Part shown: positions 16,843-26,849 of the stretch, in pieces
How the letters are laid out: every line of letters begins with the position of its first letter
How positions within the stretch are numbered: the stretch's first letter is position 1
Origin: Candidatus Thorarchaeota archaeon
GTDB lineage: Archaea; Asgardarchaeota; Thorarchaeia; Thorarchaeales; Thorarchaeaceae
Length of the DNA: 64,000 nt
Reading direction: 5' to 3'
Assembly (NCBI GenBank): GCA_011364985.1
Contig: RDOC01000004.1
Coordinates: 128,001 to 192,000, forward strand
Translations under genes and position numbers: made by a program
The notes under the pieces: model-generated
The model's database searches: none
What the model saw: only the letters and a program-made list of their open reading frames with translations
What the model was told of the DNA's origin: nothing

Positions 16843-17489
16843 AGTCCGAGTCCCTCGATCAGTCTGTCGATGCCAGTGTCACTCTTGGCGCTTACACTAT
16901 ACACGGGAATTCTTGCATCAACCTCTCGTACATCATTGACCAAGGAATCAACATCAACTCCGATTGCCTCTGCAAGATCTATTTTGTTTATGACAACCAT
17001 ATCCGACCTCTTTATTGTTAGAGGATGCTTTCTAACCATGTAAGGACCCTCTGTGACGCTTACTACGACAACTTTCTTGTCAACACCAAGAGAATAACCT
17101 GCAGGACAGATTAGATTGCCAACATTTTCAATAAATACGAGATCGTAGAGCGATAGGTCGACATCATTTAGTGCAACACGAACCATTCGGGCATCTAAAT
17201 GGCAGGCAGTTCGTGTATTAATCTGAACTGTATCCACTCCGTGAGATGATACACGGTCAGCATCAATAGTAGTAGCAAGGTCACCCGCAATCATAAGAAT
17301 TCGATACATGCCCTTAAGGCGGTCACAAAGAGCTTCGATGATTTGGGTCTTTCCTGTACCAACAGAGCCCATGATGTCGATTGCTGTGATTCCATGATCC
17401 TTGAATGTAGCTGCATTCATGGCTGCAGCTTCTTCATTCGCACCAAAGAGGTCCTTCCTAATATCGATTTCAACGGTTCGTTCTGGCAT
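16839..17489 (-). CDS. hypB: hydrogenase nickel incorporation GTPase HypB
   Basis: GSVGTGKT, CHLDA, ENVGNLICPA, SVTEG, NKID. Confidence 0.93.
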   Translation of the reverse strand: MPERTVEIDIRKDLFGANEEAAAMNAATFKDHGITAIDIMGSVGTGKTQIIEALCDRLKGMYRILMIAGDLATTIDADRVSSHGVDTVQINTRTACHLDARMVRVALNDVDLSLYDLVFIENVGNLICPAGYSLGVDKKVVVVSVTEGPYMVRKHPLTIKRSDMVVINKIDLAEAIGVDVDSLVNDVREVDARIPVYSVSAKSDTGIDRLIEGLGL

Positions 17490-17495
17490 TGTTAA

Positions 17496-18074
17496 TCAGC
17501 TCTCAAGTTCCTCAAGTTGAAGGGAAACCATTTCAGGATATAGGTAGTTGCCAAGGATTGGTCGGACGATGGTCCTTTCAATGGCTAGTGCGAGAGCTGC
17601 CCAACCGAATGCCTGTACCATATCCACAACTGCCCCTAGGAGAATCAGTTCCGTAGGCAAGAGGAATATCGACAGGATGACTAGGTCAGCCAAGAAACCG
17701 CCAATAATTCCACCACCAAGGATTGCCATTGCAGTGTATTTCATGCTATCACGCTCTCTGGTCATATGAACGGCATAGCCAGTCCCGACACCCAATGCCA
17801 TATTTCCGATGAAGGGCACAAGTGGATAGGTAGTTCCGGAAATGATACCACCAAGGCCTACAATAAACCCAACGAAAATCCCTCCGGGAACGCCACCCAC
17901 AACTCCACCCAAAAGGGAGAAAGTGAACGCAGGGGTCAGCTCAGCAACATCAGGAACAAGCATGAACCAAAGAGTGGACCTAACAACAATGCCTACTGCT
18001 GCAATCATAGCAAGAGTGGTTATTGTCACAGTATTCAATCGAATTGGCACCGCCACCATCGCAAAAGGCTCCAC
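17496..18074 (-). CDS. ECF transporter S component-like membrane protein
   Basis: about 6 TM helices, AMIAA in helix 1, GGxxGxxxG pattern. Confidence 0.7.
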   Translation of the reverse strand: MEPFAMVAVPIRLNTVTITTLAMIAAVGIVVRSTLWFMLVPDVAELTPAFTFSLLGGVVGGVPGGIFVGFIVGLGGIISGTTYPLVPFIGNMALGVGTGYAVHMTRERDSMKYTAMAILGGGIIGGFLADLVILSIFLLPTELILLGAVVDMVQAFGWAALALAIERTIVRPILGNYLYPEMVSLQLEELES

Positions 18075-18080
18075 TTGAGT

Positions 18081-18512
18081 TTACTCTGAGTTGTCCGGCC
18101 AGCTCTCCAACAAGAACTTTCTGGTTTGATTGTACCACTCCTCAAGCTGAGCGAGTACTTGATCTCTGACCTCTGTGGAAGACACAGCGCTATACACGTA
18201 GTAATAGCCGCCACGGTCGAATGTCCTTTCCTCCTGTTCGACAAGGCCTTTCTGGCACAGCTTTTTCAGCACACGTTGAACAGTACTTCTATCTCGGCCG
18301 ACCTTTGATGCAATCTCTTTCACCGTCAGCGGCCCAGACATAAGCGAAAAGAGAGCATCAATCTCAGTACTCCTAAGACCAAAAGCACAGCAAAGGAGAT
18401 CCGATGGTTTATCAAACCCTTTCTCAAACAAGCCCACCAAGGCACTTCTAGTTGTCATTCCAAATATAAAGCCAGAAGATTCGCCAGATAAGGGTTGTGC
18501 AATGGCTTGCAC
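18081..18512 (-). CDS. TrmB-like HTH transcriptional regulator
   Basis: CAFGL...TVKEIASKVGRDRSTVQRVL...GGYYYVY; true start may be ATG 18458. Confidence 0.85.
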   Translation of the reverse strand: MQAIAQPLSGESSGFIFGMTTRSALVGLFEKGFDKPSDLLCCAFGLRSTEIDALFSLMSGPLTVKEIASKVGRDRSTVQRVLKKLCQKGLVEQEERTFDRGGYYYVYSAVSSTEVRDQVLAQLEEWYNQTRKFLLESWPDNSE

Positions 18513-18579
18513 ACTCGAATGGGCATAATACTGGCCTTCAAAAGATATGAAGTCAATAGCTGGATGGGTGCAAATCTAA

Positions 18580-19029
18580 ATGGACTTCAGCGCTCTAAGA
18601 GACGAGATGACTAGAAATCCTTGGGAAAGAACAGAAAGCGAAGAAAGACCATTGCAACCGGTCAATCTGGCTCCATTGAAAGGGGTTATTGAGACTGACG
18701 CAGTCAGATCCAAGGTTCTCAGAGTCCTAATCGAAGATGGTACTTGGGTCACCACTGCGGATCTTCTAAAAGAGGCACGAAAGGAGAGACCAATTCTAGG
18801 TGCAGTTTCTATTGGGACGATTCTCAACGGTTTAAACAACTTGGTGGCCTCGCGACTGATTCTTAGCAGAACCTCTTCAGCCGCAGGTACAGACTGGGCA
18901 GAGTGGAGGATAAATCCAGATTTGCTTAAACCAACAAGGAAGCTGCTGCAAATGCTGACCAGACCTAAATTCGAAAAGATGCTCCTTAGCAAGAATCAAT
19001 CAGAGGAAATTGGTGAGGTCAGGGAATAA
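18580..19029 (+). CDS. hypothetical winged-helix-like protein
   Basis: 149-aa ORF with wHTH-like spacing ending EWRINP. Confidence 0.6.
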   Translation: MDFSALRDEMTRNPWERTESEERPLQPVNLAPLKGVIETDAVRSKVLRVLIEDGTWVTTADLLKEARKERPILGAVSIGTILNGLNNLVASRLILSRTSSAAGTDWAEWRINPDLLKPTRKLLQMLTRPKFEKMLLSKNQSEEIGEVRE

Positions 19030-19066
19030 TAACGATGTATACTCAATATTGAGTAGCTAGAATTAG

Positions 19067-19822
19067 ATGAGTAGACTTATTAGGATGTGTTTGGGCGGAA
19101 GACCCATGCAGCATCAGAATAAGAACGAGGTGTCCCCCTCTACGGTTCGTGAGGGGAATGATGAAAATGAAATGGAAATGGAGATGCTTGGCATATCCAA
19201 GAGCAGCGAGAAAGTGAAAAAGGTGGCTGTAGCAGCCATTATGGCATCTCTTTCTGTGGCGGTAACGCCAATCGCCGCAGGCATCCCCAGAATCCCAGGA
19301 TTTGGAATTGCTATATTCGACCCAATCTCGCTCTTCTGGATGATTGCCTTTCTGATTGGAGGATTTTGGGTGGGACTTGTCAGCATGATAACGGGAGCAA
19401 TTATGTTGAACTTCTTCGACCCAACGCCCATTTTTGGGCCACTTCTGAAGTTCCTTGCAACGTTTCCGATGGTAGTACTACCATGGCTTGCAGTTCGCAA
19501 GACTGGAGATAAAAGGCATAGTCGACTTCTATCCGTTGCTGCGAAGGTTGCTCAACGAAAGGAGCCCTCCCATCAAGGGGGAATCATTCTATCTGGGGAA
19601 CGTGTTTTTGGTGCTTTGATGATGGTCTCCTATTTGATCAGAATCTCAATGATGGTTCCAGTAAATCTTGTCGTTGTTCCCTTCATATGGGGTGTGACTG
19701 ATGCGGGTTTCATCATCACCTATACTCTCATTCTAAACACCCTTCAGAGCTTCTGGGATGCTTTGATTCCATTCATCGTGGTTCATCGAACCCCAGTATT
19801 CAGGAATTATGGTATGTGGTAG
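19067..19822 (+). CDS. ECF transporter S component
   Basis: VAVAAIMASLS, FDP, GGFWVG, multiple TM helices; real start is probably downstream. Confidence 0.75.
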   Translation: MSRLIRMCLGGRPMQHQNKNEVSPSTVREGNDENEMEMEMLGISKSSEKVKKVAVAAIMASLSVAVTPIAAGIPRIPGFGIAIFDPISLFWMIAFLIGGFWVGLVSMITGAIMLNFFDPTPIFGPLLKFLATFPMVVLPWLAVRKTGDKRHSRLLSVAAKVAQRKEPSHQGGIILSGERVFGALMMVSYLIRISMMVPVNLVVVPFIWGVTDAGFIITYTLILNTLQSFWDALIPFIVVHRTPVFRNYGMW

Positions 19823-19914
19823 ATCTCCAGCAGAAGTACTCGCGGAGAAGAGGGAATCCTAGAAACCGCTATATGCGTCACACCGTATGGTGACCCAATC
19901 TGGAATGAGAAACA

Positions 19915-20733
19915 ATGCGAAGATGCGAATATTGTGACAGTCCAGTTCCCGCAGATGCAACTGTCTGTCCAGTTTGCAAGGAGAAAATTGCTCAGGAGGC
20001 CCTAGAACGCATTCTTCCGCTCTTGAAAAGGCCTGATGCGCCAGATGTTCGAGAAATGGGTATCCTTGAACGTACATGGAATGTGATTAGAAGACCTGGG
20101 GCGGCCTTTCGTGACATCGGGCAGCGGCCAGATGCAGCAGGACCGCTTTTGGTAGTACTTGCTAATGCACTAATTGTTGCAGGGTTGTTTCTCGCGCTAT
20201 CATCGAAGTTTTACAGCCGGGTCCTTGTAAATGCTACCACAGGCACATATGCAGACATCAGCATCATCTTCCTTGACGGTGGCTCTTCGGTATTAATAGC
20301 AGCTCTCGTATCGATTCTTCCAAACATAATGCTAGGTATGCTCTATCTCTTTGTTGGCAGTGCTTTTGCTCATTTGGCCTTCAGAATAACAGGGGGAACA
20401 GGGAGCAAGATGAAAACGCTTTCTGTTGTTGGTTATAGCATGATTCCCGTGGTTCTATTTCGGCTTATTGCCTTGGCTCTTGTATTCGTTGCAACTCTAC
20501 CCATTCAGGTATCAGGTATTGGAGACCCTAACATCCCAGAAATCATCGCCTCATTGTATTCTTCTAGTACTTGGATGATGATTGATTACATAACGGTAGC
20601 GGCCTTCTTCTGGACAGGATTCCTTTTGATATTTGGAATCAGAGAAGCGCATGATACATCAACGTCCTGGGCGTTCTTGGTTGCACTAGGATGTATGATT
20701 GTCCTCATCTGGACCTTTTGGCAGGTTCATTAG
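19915..20733 (+). CDS. zinc-ribbon + YIP1 family membrane protein
   Basis: CEYC...CPVC ribbon; VIRRPGAAF..PDAAGPL, VGYSMIP, 5 TM helices. Confidence 0.8.
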   Translation: MRRCEYCDSPVPADATVCPVCKEKIAQEALERILPLLKRPDAPDVREMGILERTWNVIRRPGAAFRDIGQRPDAAGPLLVVLANALIVAGLFLALSSKFYSRVLVNATTGTYADISIIFLDGGSSVLIAALVSILPNIMLGMLYLFVGSAFAHLAFRITGGTGSKMKTLSVVGYSMIPVVLFRLIALALVFVATLPIQVSGIGDPNIPEIIASLYSSSTWMMIDYITVAAFFWTGFLLIFGIREAHDTSTSWAFLVALGCMIVLIWTFWQVH

Positions 20734-21719
20734 ATTGCGAGGATTATGTCAAACAAAGGAATCGCAACAAATGCAACTAGACCGATAAGAGCACCAATCT
20801 TGTCAAGTGTACTGCCGATGAGAAGTCGCTTTGCGTCTGTGGGTCCTGTCAAGGGGGCGATACCAGCCCCTGTGACAACGACACAACCTGATATTAGTAG
20901 GGGCCAAAGAACCCAGTTGGCAAATCCAAGCAACCACACAGAAGCAAAGCAAATCACGCCTACGGCATTTAGGAGAGCCGCAATAAAAGCAGCTGTTTCG
21001 TGACCATAAACCCGAGCGATTGTTCTCACATCACGAATAGCATCACCCTTCACATCCTCTGCACCCTTGATTGTCTCTCTGGCTTGAAGAATCATGAAAG
21101 CTGTCAGAAAGAACAGCCATACTGGCAAAGGAATTACAAATGCTCGGGTAATGCCTCCGGCAACTTCTCCATATACTACGGAGCCATAGACTATCCCGAA
21201 GGCAAAAGAAAAAGCAACCATGATATTGCCTGCAAGTCCAAGTGATTTTACTTTTGCAGCATAAGCGTAAGCAATAGCTACAAACACTATCACTACAAAC
21301 AGGCTAACATATCTTCCTTGCGTCAGATTGACTGCAATACCAAGCCACGAGAAGAATACACCAATAATGACCCAGAATGTAACATAATACCAAGCCTGCT
21401 TAATCGTCATTCTTCCGCTTGGTAAGGCACGATGGGGTCTGTTTATTCTGTCAATCTCTATGTCATAAATATCATTCACAATATTGCCGCCAGCAGCAAC
21501 TGCGAAATATGTGATATAGGAGTATATGAAGAGATCAAGAAAATCCCATAGGCTTGTGGTTAGAGGGAATAGCTTGAATCCCATCGCGATTCCAGCTATT
21601 ACTGTAAGACCACCGATGAAGCAGTTTTGCGGTCGGATAATTGTCAGGAACGCCTTTGCATCAAAACGGGGTTCCTCAGGCTGTATCCTTGGCTCAGTCA
21701 TCGCAGAACATTCCTCCAC
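20730..21719 (-). CDS. UbiA-family prenyltransferase (DGGGP synthase-like)
   Basis: RPQNC, NDIYDIEIDRINRPHRALPSG, RETIKGAEDVKGD. Confidence 0.88.
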   Translation of the reverse strand: MEECSAMTEPRIQPEEPRFDAKAFLTIIRPQNCFIGGLTVIAGIAMGFKLFPLTTSLWDFLDLFIYSYITYFAVAAGGNIVNDIYDIEIDRINRPHRALPSGRMTIKQAWYYVTFWVIIGVFFSWLGIAVNLTQGRYVSLFVVIVFVAIAYAYAAKVKSLGLAGNIMVAFSFAFGIVYGSVVYGEVAGGITRAFVIPLPVWLFFLTAFMILQARETIKGAEDVKGDAIRDVRTIARVYGHETAAFIAALLNAVGVICFASVWLLGFANWVLWPLLISGCVVVTGAGIAPLTGPTDAKRLLIGSTLDKIGALIGLVAFVAIPLFDIILAI

Positions 21720-21821
21720 TATGTTCCCACGCTCAGCTGCGATTAAAGACTTCCGTTAAACATTGGAATAACCCAATGACTCTTATCTCAGTCAATTCTC
21801 GACCATATCATGTGAGCTGCA

Positions 21822-22328
21822 ATGTTCGAAGACTTACCACGTGAAACTCTTTTGAAATTGATTGATGCCTACGCCAAGGCCTGGCAGGCAATGGATGGGG
21901 CATACTTCCTTGCCCTTGAGAAGAAGTATGGGATAAATGTAGCAATAGAGATGGATGAAGAAGCCTGGCGTATCTTCTCTCCTATTGAGGCAAAGAGAAT
22001 CATGAGAGAGTTCGGAATCCCGGAGAATGGAGGACTCGAGGCATTAGAGAAAGCATTGAACTTCAGAGTTTATGCTGCACTTAACACTCAGTCAGCAGAA
22101 TATGTAGATGAGAACAAGCTCATCTTCAAGATGCATGAGTGCAGAGTGCAGGTGGCGAGGAACAGGAAGGGTCTTCCCGATTTCCCATGCAAGTCAGTGG
22201 GCCTGATCGAATATGAGGAGTTTGCGAAGACCTTAGATCCCCGCATTAGGACACGATGCATTAGCTGCCCTCCAGATCCTCACCCCCCAGACTATTATTG
22301 TGCATGGGAGTTCACGTTGGAGAAGTGA
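21822..22328 (+). CDS. DUF6125/V4R-like small ligand-binding protein
   Basis: DGAYF, CRVQVARNRKGL..FPCK, CISCPPD...CAWEF. Confidence 0.75.
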   Translation: MFEDLPRETLLKLIDAYAKAWQAMDGAYFLALEKKYGINVAIEMDEEAWRIFSPIEAKRIMREFGIPENGGLEALEKALNFRVYAALNTQSAEYVDENKLIFKMHECRVQVARNRKGLPDFPCKSVGLIEYEEFAKTLDPRIRTRCISCPPDPHPPDYYCAWEFTLEK

Positions 22329-22333
22329 AATAA

Positions 22334-23176
22334 CTGGACTCTATTAGGTTTGGACCAGCTGGGTATCCGGAAGAAGCAAAAGGGAATGTAAAACGTGTAT
22401 TTGAAATTCTAAAAGAAGCCGAATTGAACGCCTTGGAATATGCTGCAGTGTATGGCCTCAGAGTGAGTGAAAAAAAAGCCCACGAGATTGGGAGACTTGC
22501 AAGAAAGTATGGGATTGCAATGAGTATGCATGCAGCATATTATATCAGTCTAGTTTCAAAAGACCTAGCTGTAAGGAAACGTTCAAGAGAGAGGCTTGTG
22601 AAGGCGCTCAGATTTGCTCCCTTAATGGAAGTCAAGAGAATTGTTTTCCATTCTGGAGGCTATAGCGGACATAGTCCGCAGGAAGCATATGCAGCTGTAA
22701 GAGATGCCTTAATCGATGTCTGGGAAACTGCCGGACGAGAATCAGGAGATGCAATCCTCATGCCAGAAATTGCTGGAAAAATCAGGGCCTTTGGGTCTGT
22801 GGAAGAACTGATCAGTCTGTCTCAAGAGGTAGACCACGTGCTCCCTACCATAGATTGGGCTCATCTCTATGCAAGATCCCAAGGTAAAATATGTGATAGA
22901 CCACAGTTCCTTCAAGTTCTGGAAGCCTTCGAGAAGGCTCTCGGAAAAGAGTTTACAGACAATATGCATTTCCATGTGAGTGGGATTACGTTCACAGAGA
23001 GAGGAGAGAAGGAACATAGACCATTAGGTGGAAGATGGGGACCCGATATCTTGCCACTAATGGACATCGTTAGAGAAATTGGCTACAAGCCCACGTTCAT
23101 ATCTGAAACACCACCTCCGCTAACCGGTGCTCTTTATGCCAAGTTCCTGCTTCACGAGCTGGAGAGAATCAAATGA
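22334..23176 (+). CDS. nfo: endonuclease IV-like TIM-barrel protein (probable CTG start)
   Basis: IRFGPAG N-terminal motif lies upstream of the track start; SMHAAYY, VFHSG, IDWAH, HFHVSG, EHRP, ISETP. Confidence 0.85.
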   Translation: MDSIRFGPAGYPEEAKGNVKRVFEILKEAELNALEYAAVYGLRVSEKKAHEIGRLARKYGIAMSMHAAYYISLVSKDLAVRKRSRERLVKALRFAPLMEVKRIVFHSGGYSGHSPQEAYAAVRDALIDVWETAGRESGDAILMPEIAGKIRAFGSVEELISLSQEVDHVLPTIDWAHLYARSQGKICDRPQFLQVLEAFEKALGKEFTDNMHFHVSGITFTERGEKEHRPLGGRWGPDILPLMDIVREIGYKPTFISETPPPLTGALYAKFLLHELERIK

Positions 23177-24516
23177 CGAGATACGTGTTTGTTCTGGGAA
23201 AGAATTGGATGCTTGGAATTGCAGAACTGATAGTCTACCTTCGAGATAGGAATCTTGCCAAGGAAGTCCTTGACTACACTAGAACCACGGCCATTGTTGA
23301 TATTCAAGAAGACCTGAAGGATGTGGAATTGATAGACGTCCTTGGTGCGTTGGGAGGATCATTCAAGATTGCCAGAGTTGTCTCTGTCTATGACAGAATA
23401 CTACTGGAGGAAGCATTTCCAGCGAAGGGCAAGGTTCAGAAGCAGGCACGGGCACTACTTCAGCAAGTTCCGTGGGCAAAGAAGACTTGGAAAAATGTAA
23501 AGAACAAGAAGGTCAAATTTGCAGTAAGTACATATTCAACATATGCCAAACAAACCACTATAGACCTTCGCAAACTCACGATGGGATTCAATGAGTGGAC
23601 AAAACAGCAGCTAATCAGAATGGGAGCAAGAAAGGTGATTTACTATGTTTATGAAGGTCCTGACAAGAGAGGAGCAAAGAGACCTAATGTAGCGCTATGG
23701 CCAAAATCTATTGCCAGACATGGCCTCCTAAGTCCTCCAAATGCTGAAATAATCATGGCTATTGCGGAGTCTTCCGTCTATGTGGCAAAAACGATTGGGG
23801 TTTATGATGCCCAGCTTCAGAGATACAGAGATGAATCACGACCGTATATTTCAGAAGAGGTTAGTACCAGTCCCAAACTCTGCAGAGCTCTGCTGAATTT
23901 CGCGGGAACACGAACGGGAGACACTATTCTTGACCCGTTCTGCGGTTCCGGAACGCTACTGATGGAAGCAGCACTCCTAGGAATGAAGTGCGTGGGCGTT
24001 GACATTGATGCCAATGCCGCCAATGGAGCCAAGCAGAATCTGAGATGGCTCAGTAGAGACCTAGGAGAAAGAATGAGCTTCAAGATCGTTAAGGGTGACT
24101 CTCAACAGATTGACGAACTCATCACCGAGAAGATCGATGCTGTTGCTTCTGAACCAGAATTAGGACCAGTGCATAAAGATAGACCGACGAAAGAAGAAGC
24201 AGTACGCCATATTTCGGAGCTGACTCAGCTCTACAGAACGGTTCTGTTGAAGATAGGTAAGATACTGCGATCTGAGGGCAGAATAGGAATGACTATTCCA
24301 GTTATTAATTCAAAAGACGGACAACTCTCCATAGACCTTGAAGAAATGACCGCCGGAACGGAGTTTCACGTTCTCATGATGCTTCCCAAGGAGGCATTTG
24401 AGTCATCCATACCCAAGAGCAAGCAACTGAAGATTACACCTGATAGGCCCGTACTTCCAGAGAGAAAGAGAGGGCAAGTAGTGGAGCGAGGGGTAGTGAT
24501 GCTTGGAAGATACTAG
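23173..24516 (+). CDS. Trm11/TrmG10-like SAM-dependent tRNA methyltransferase
   Basis: RP...SPKLCRALLN, LDPFCGSGT, ASEPELG. Confidence 0.8.
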   Translation: MTRYVFVLGKNWMLGIAELIVYLRDRNLAKEVLDYTRTTAIVDIQEDLKDVELIDVLGALGGSFKIARVVSVYDRILLEEAFPAKGKVQKQARALLQQVPWAKKTWKNVKNKKVKFAVSTYSTYAKQTTIDLRKLTMGFNEWTKQQLIRMGARKVIYYVYEGPDKRGAKRPNVALWPKSIARHGLLSPPNAEIIMAIAESSVYVAKTIGVYDAQLQRYRDESRPYISEEVSTSPKLCRALLNFAGTRTGDTILDPFCGSGTLLMEAALLGMKCVGVDIDANAANGAKQNLRWLSRDLGERMSFKIVKGDSQQIDELITEKIDAVASEPELGPVHKDRPTKEEAVRHISELTQLYRTVLLKIGKILRSEGRIGMTIPVINSKDGQLSIDLEEMTAGTEFHVLMMLPKEAFESSIPKSKQLKITPDRPVLPERKRGQVVERGVVMLGRY

Positions 24517-25346
24517 AACAGATGGCGTATCACATCATCAATGATTGCGTAAGTCTGAAGCCGCTGGAGGTCTGACTTGACATAAGGCATTGCTTCACCA
24601 AATATCATATCCTTGTATGCCTTCTCAGGCACGGTTTCTCGAGCAGCTTTTGTCAATACTTGCAGAATCTCTTCAAGACACACCTTCAAAGCTCTATACG
24701 GGACCGCATAGACATCAATCCCAAGTACTTCAATTCCAGCCTCATCCACAGGGACATCTACGAGGAATTCATATTCCTTTTTAAGAGGTTCCATGAGTTT
24801 CTTAACACGTCCAACCAGTGTTCGTCGAGTGGACTTGGGGACTTGCACCCGCATAATCGCTCTGTACAAATGACTGAAAACTGAGAGAGCATCCATTGAT
24901 TTTCCAGCCATTAGACTATCATCAGTTTCCTCATATTGGCTGACAATTTCATCCACAAATTCGCCGAAGTCCTTGAACGTATCTGGTTCTCCATTCCAGT
25001 GCTCAAGGACATTTGCTAGAAACTGACCCTCAGGAACCTTTTGTTTCGAGAACTCATTCAATGCGTATCGGAGAAGAAAACGCATGTGGCTTATTCTAGC
25101 ACCCTTTGAAACCACCATGACAAATAGAAGGTCGTCATTTGCTTCCCAAATGTAACGATTCGTTTCAGTGTCAACCGTTGTAAGATTCTCATTAGATGCC
25201 TTATCAATAAAGGTATGAGTTGCGCTCAGAAATGGTGCAATTAGATCCATGTCGATCTCGATGCCAGAGTAGGCACGAGCCACGAGATTCCTTCCGCTAC
25301 CTCGCTCAATAAGCCAGACTCCGTGAATACATCGTCGATCAGACAT
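24513..25346 (-). CDS. hypothetical protein with an N-terminal longin-like domain
   Basis: IHGVWLIERGSGRNLVAR...DMDLIAPFLSA...LLFVMVV fits a longin/roadblock-like pattern. Confidence 0.6.
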   Translation of the reverse strand: MSDRRCIHGVWLIERGSGRNLVARAYSGIEIDMDLIAPFLSATHTFIDKASNENLTTVDTETNRYIWEANDDLLFVMVVSKGARISHMRFLLRYALNEFSKQKVPEGQFLANVLEHWNGEPDTFKDFGEFVDEIVSQYEETDDSLMAGKSMDALSVFSHLYRAIMRVQVPKSTRRTLVGRVKKLMEPLKKEYEFLVDVPVDEAGIEVLGIDVYAVPYRALKVCLEEILQVLTKAARETVPEKAYKDMIFGEAMPYVKSDLQRLQTYAIIDDVIRHLF

Positions 25347-25488
25347 TGCAATACATTACTCCTAGACATGAATCTGATACTCTGAAAAATAAGCGTTTGT
25401 CGGATGTTAGAGGGATATATTCCAATATTACTCGGAGAGAGAAAGTGATGGAGCAAGAGGACTGGATTGCCCACTCCCCTTGCTCGGT

Positions 25489-26454
25489 CTATGTTGTTGT
25501 TATGCCAAGTCGTTCAACCATTTCCTTGTAGCGGTTCCTCACGGTCACTTCCGTCACTCGAGCAGTTCGGGCAATTTCTAGCTGAGTGCGTCGCTGACCG
25601 GTGAGAATACTCGCCACATAGATCGCAGCTGCTGCCATTCCTTTGGGGTCCTTGCCTATTGTTAGCCTCTCCTCCCTAGCTTTCTCCAAGATGTCAATCG
25701 CTGCCTTCTTAGCATCTCCTGGTAGTCCCAGTTCTGTGCCAAAGCGATGGACAAACTCGACCGGGTTGCTGTGGGGAATTTTGAGATTCAGATATCGAAG
25801 AATGAGTCTTACACATAGACTCAATTCCTTACGAGTGATGTGTATCTGATCGCACACTTCTTCCAACGGTCTCGGAACCTGATGGACTCTACAGGCGAGG
25901 TACAATGAGGCAGCAATCATCCCGAGAATTGTGCGTCCACGAGTAAGACGCTTTCGAAGAGCCTTACGATAGATCACCGCCGAGGTTTCTCGAATAGAGT
26001 ACGGAATACTCAATTGCGAACTGATTCGGTGGAGCTCTGTCATTGCAACTGCAAGATTACGCTTGTCAGAGGAATGAACCTTGGTACGTATTTGCCATTT
26101 ACGTAGTCGGTGTATCTGAGCTCGTCTAGTAGACGTAAGCTTTCGTCCTGAGGCATCAACATTCTGACGACCAATGATTGTTGTAAGGCCTTGATCGAAC
26201 TTACTCCAATCAGTGGGACCACCCACTCGTTGCCTTGCGTTCTGCTCATCTGCAGTGAAGGCACGCCACTCTGGGCCCATGTCGATGGAATGATCAGAAA
26301 GAACAAGTCCACAGTTGGAGCAGATCACCTCACCACGGGTCACATCGATATAGACTTCATCAGAACTACACGTAGAACAAACGTATCGAGCTGCACCAAG
26401 CTTTGCATCCCTGGTTTTTCTAGTCTGGGCATGTTTACTGACCAGTGCGATCAT
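25489..26454 (-). CDS. tfb: transcription initiation factor IIB
   Basis: CSTC...CSNCG ribbon, GPEWRAF, two cyclin repeats, GKDP, TEVTVRNRYKE; start ATG 26454 is likely. Confidence 0.95.
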   Translation of the reverse strand: MIALVSKHAQTRKTRDAKLGAARYVCSTCSSDEVYIDVTRGEVICSNCGLVLSDHSIDMGPEWRAFTADEQNARQRVGGPTDWSKFDQGLTTIIGRQNVDASGRKLTSTRRAQIHRLRKWQIRTKVHSSDKRNLAVAMTELHRISSQLSIPYSIRETSAVIYRKALRKRLTRGRTILGMIAASLYLACRVHQVPRPLEEVCDQIHITRKELSLCVRLILRYLNLKIPHSNPVEFVHRFGTELGLPGDAKKAAIDILEKAREERLTIGKDPKGMAAAAIYVASILTGQRRTQLEIARTARVTEVTVRNRYKEMVERLGITTT

Positions 26455-26849
26455 CTCCCTGCAAGCCCCATCCTTTAGGGGTTTTGCAAGAGTAGTTACG
26501 GAATTAGTGCAGTACGTCCCTCCATGGCGCATGAAGAGACAAGCTACTTTCGGCGGATGCTGAGGGCAGTTCTTCTGAAAGAAGAACACATCTGCGCACA
26601 AGGAAAAGCATTATAAACTCTTTGCAAATTCTTGCAATTTATTTGTGCAAATGGGCAATGAAAAGTAATTTCGGCTCGGAAGAACAACAGAAAACGACGT
26701 GGATACCAGGGAGCATAGAATATATGATTTGTCAAGCACCAAAGTGGCCGTAGCTCCGGATAGTATTATAACAGCACATGTAGACCTTCTTTGTACGTCA
26801 TTCAAGGGCTCATGTCAGAAGTCCGCAACATGATTCAAGGTGAATAACG

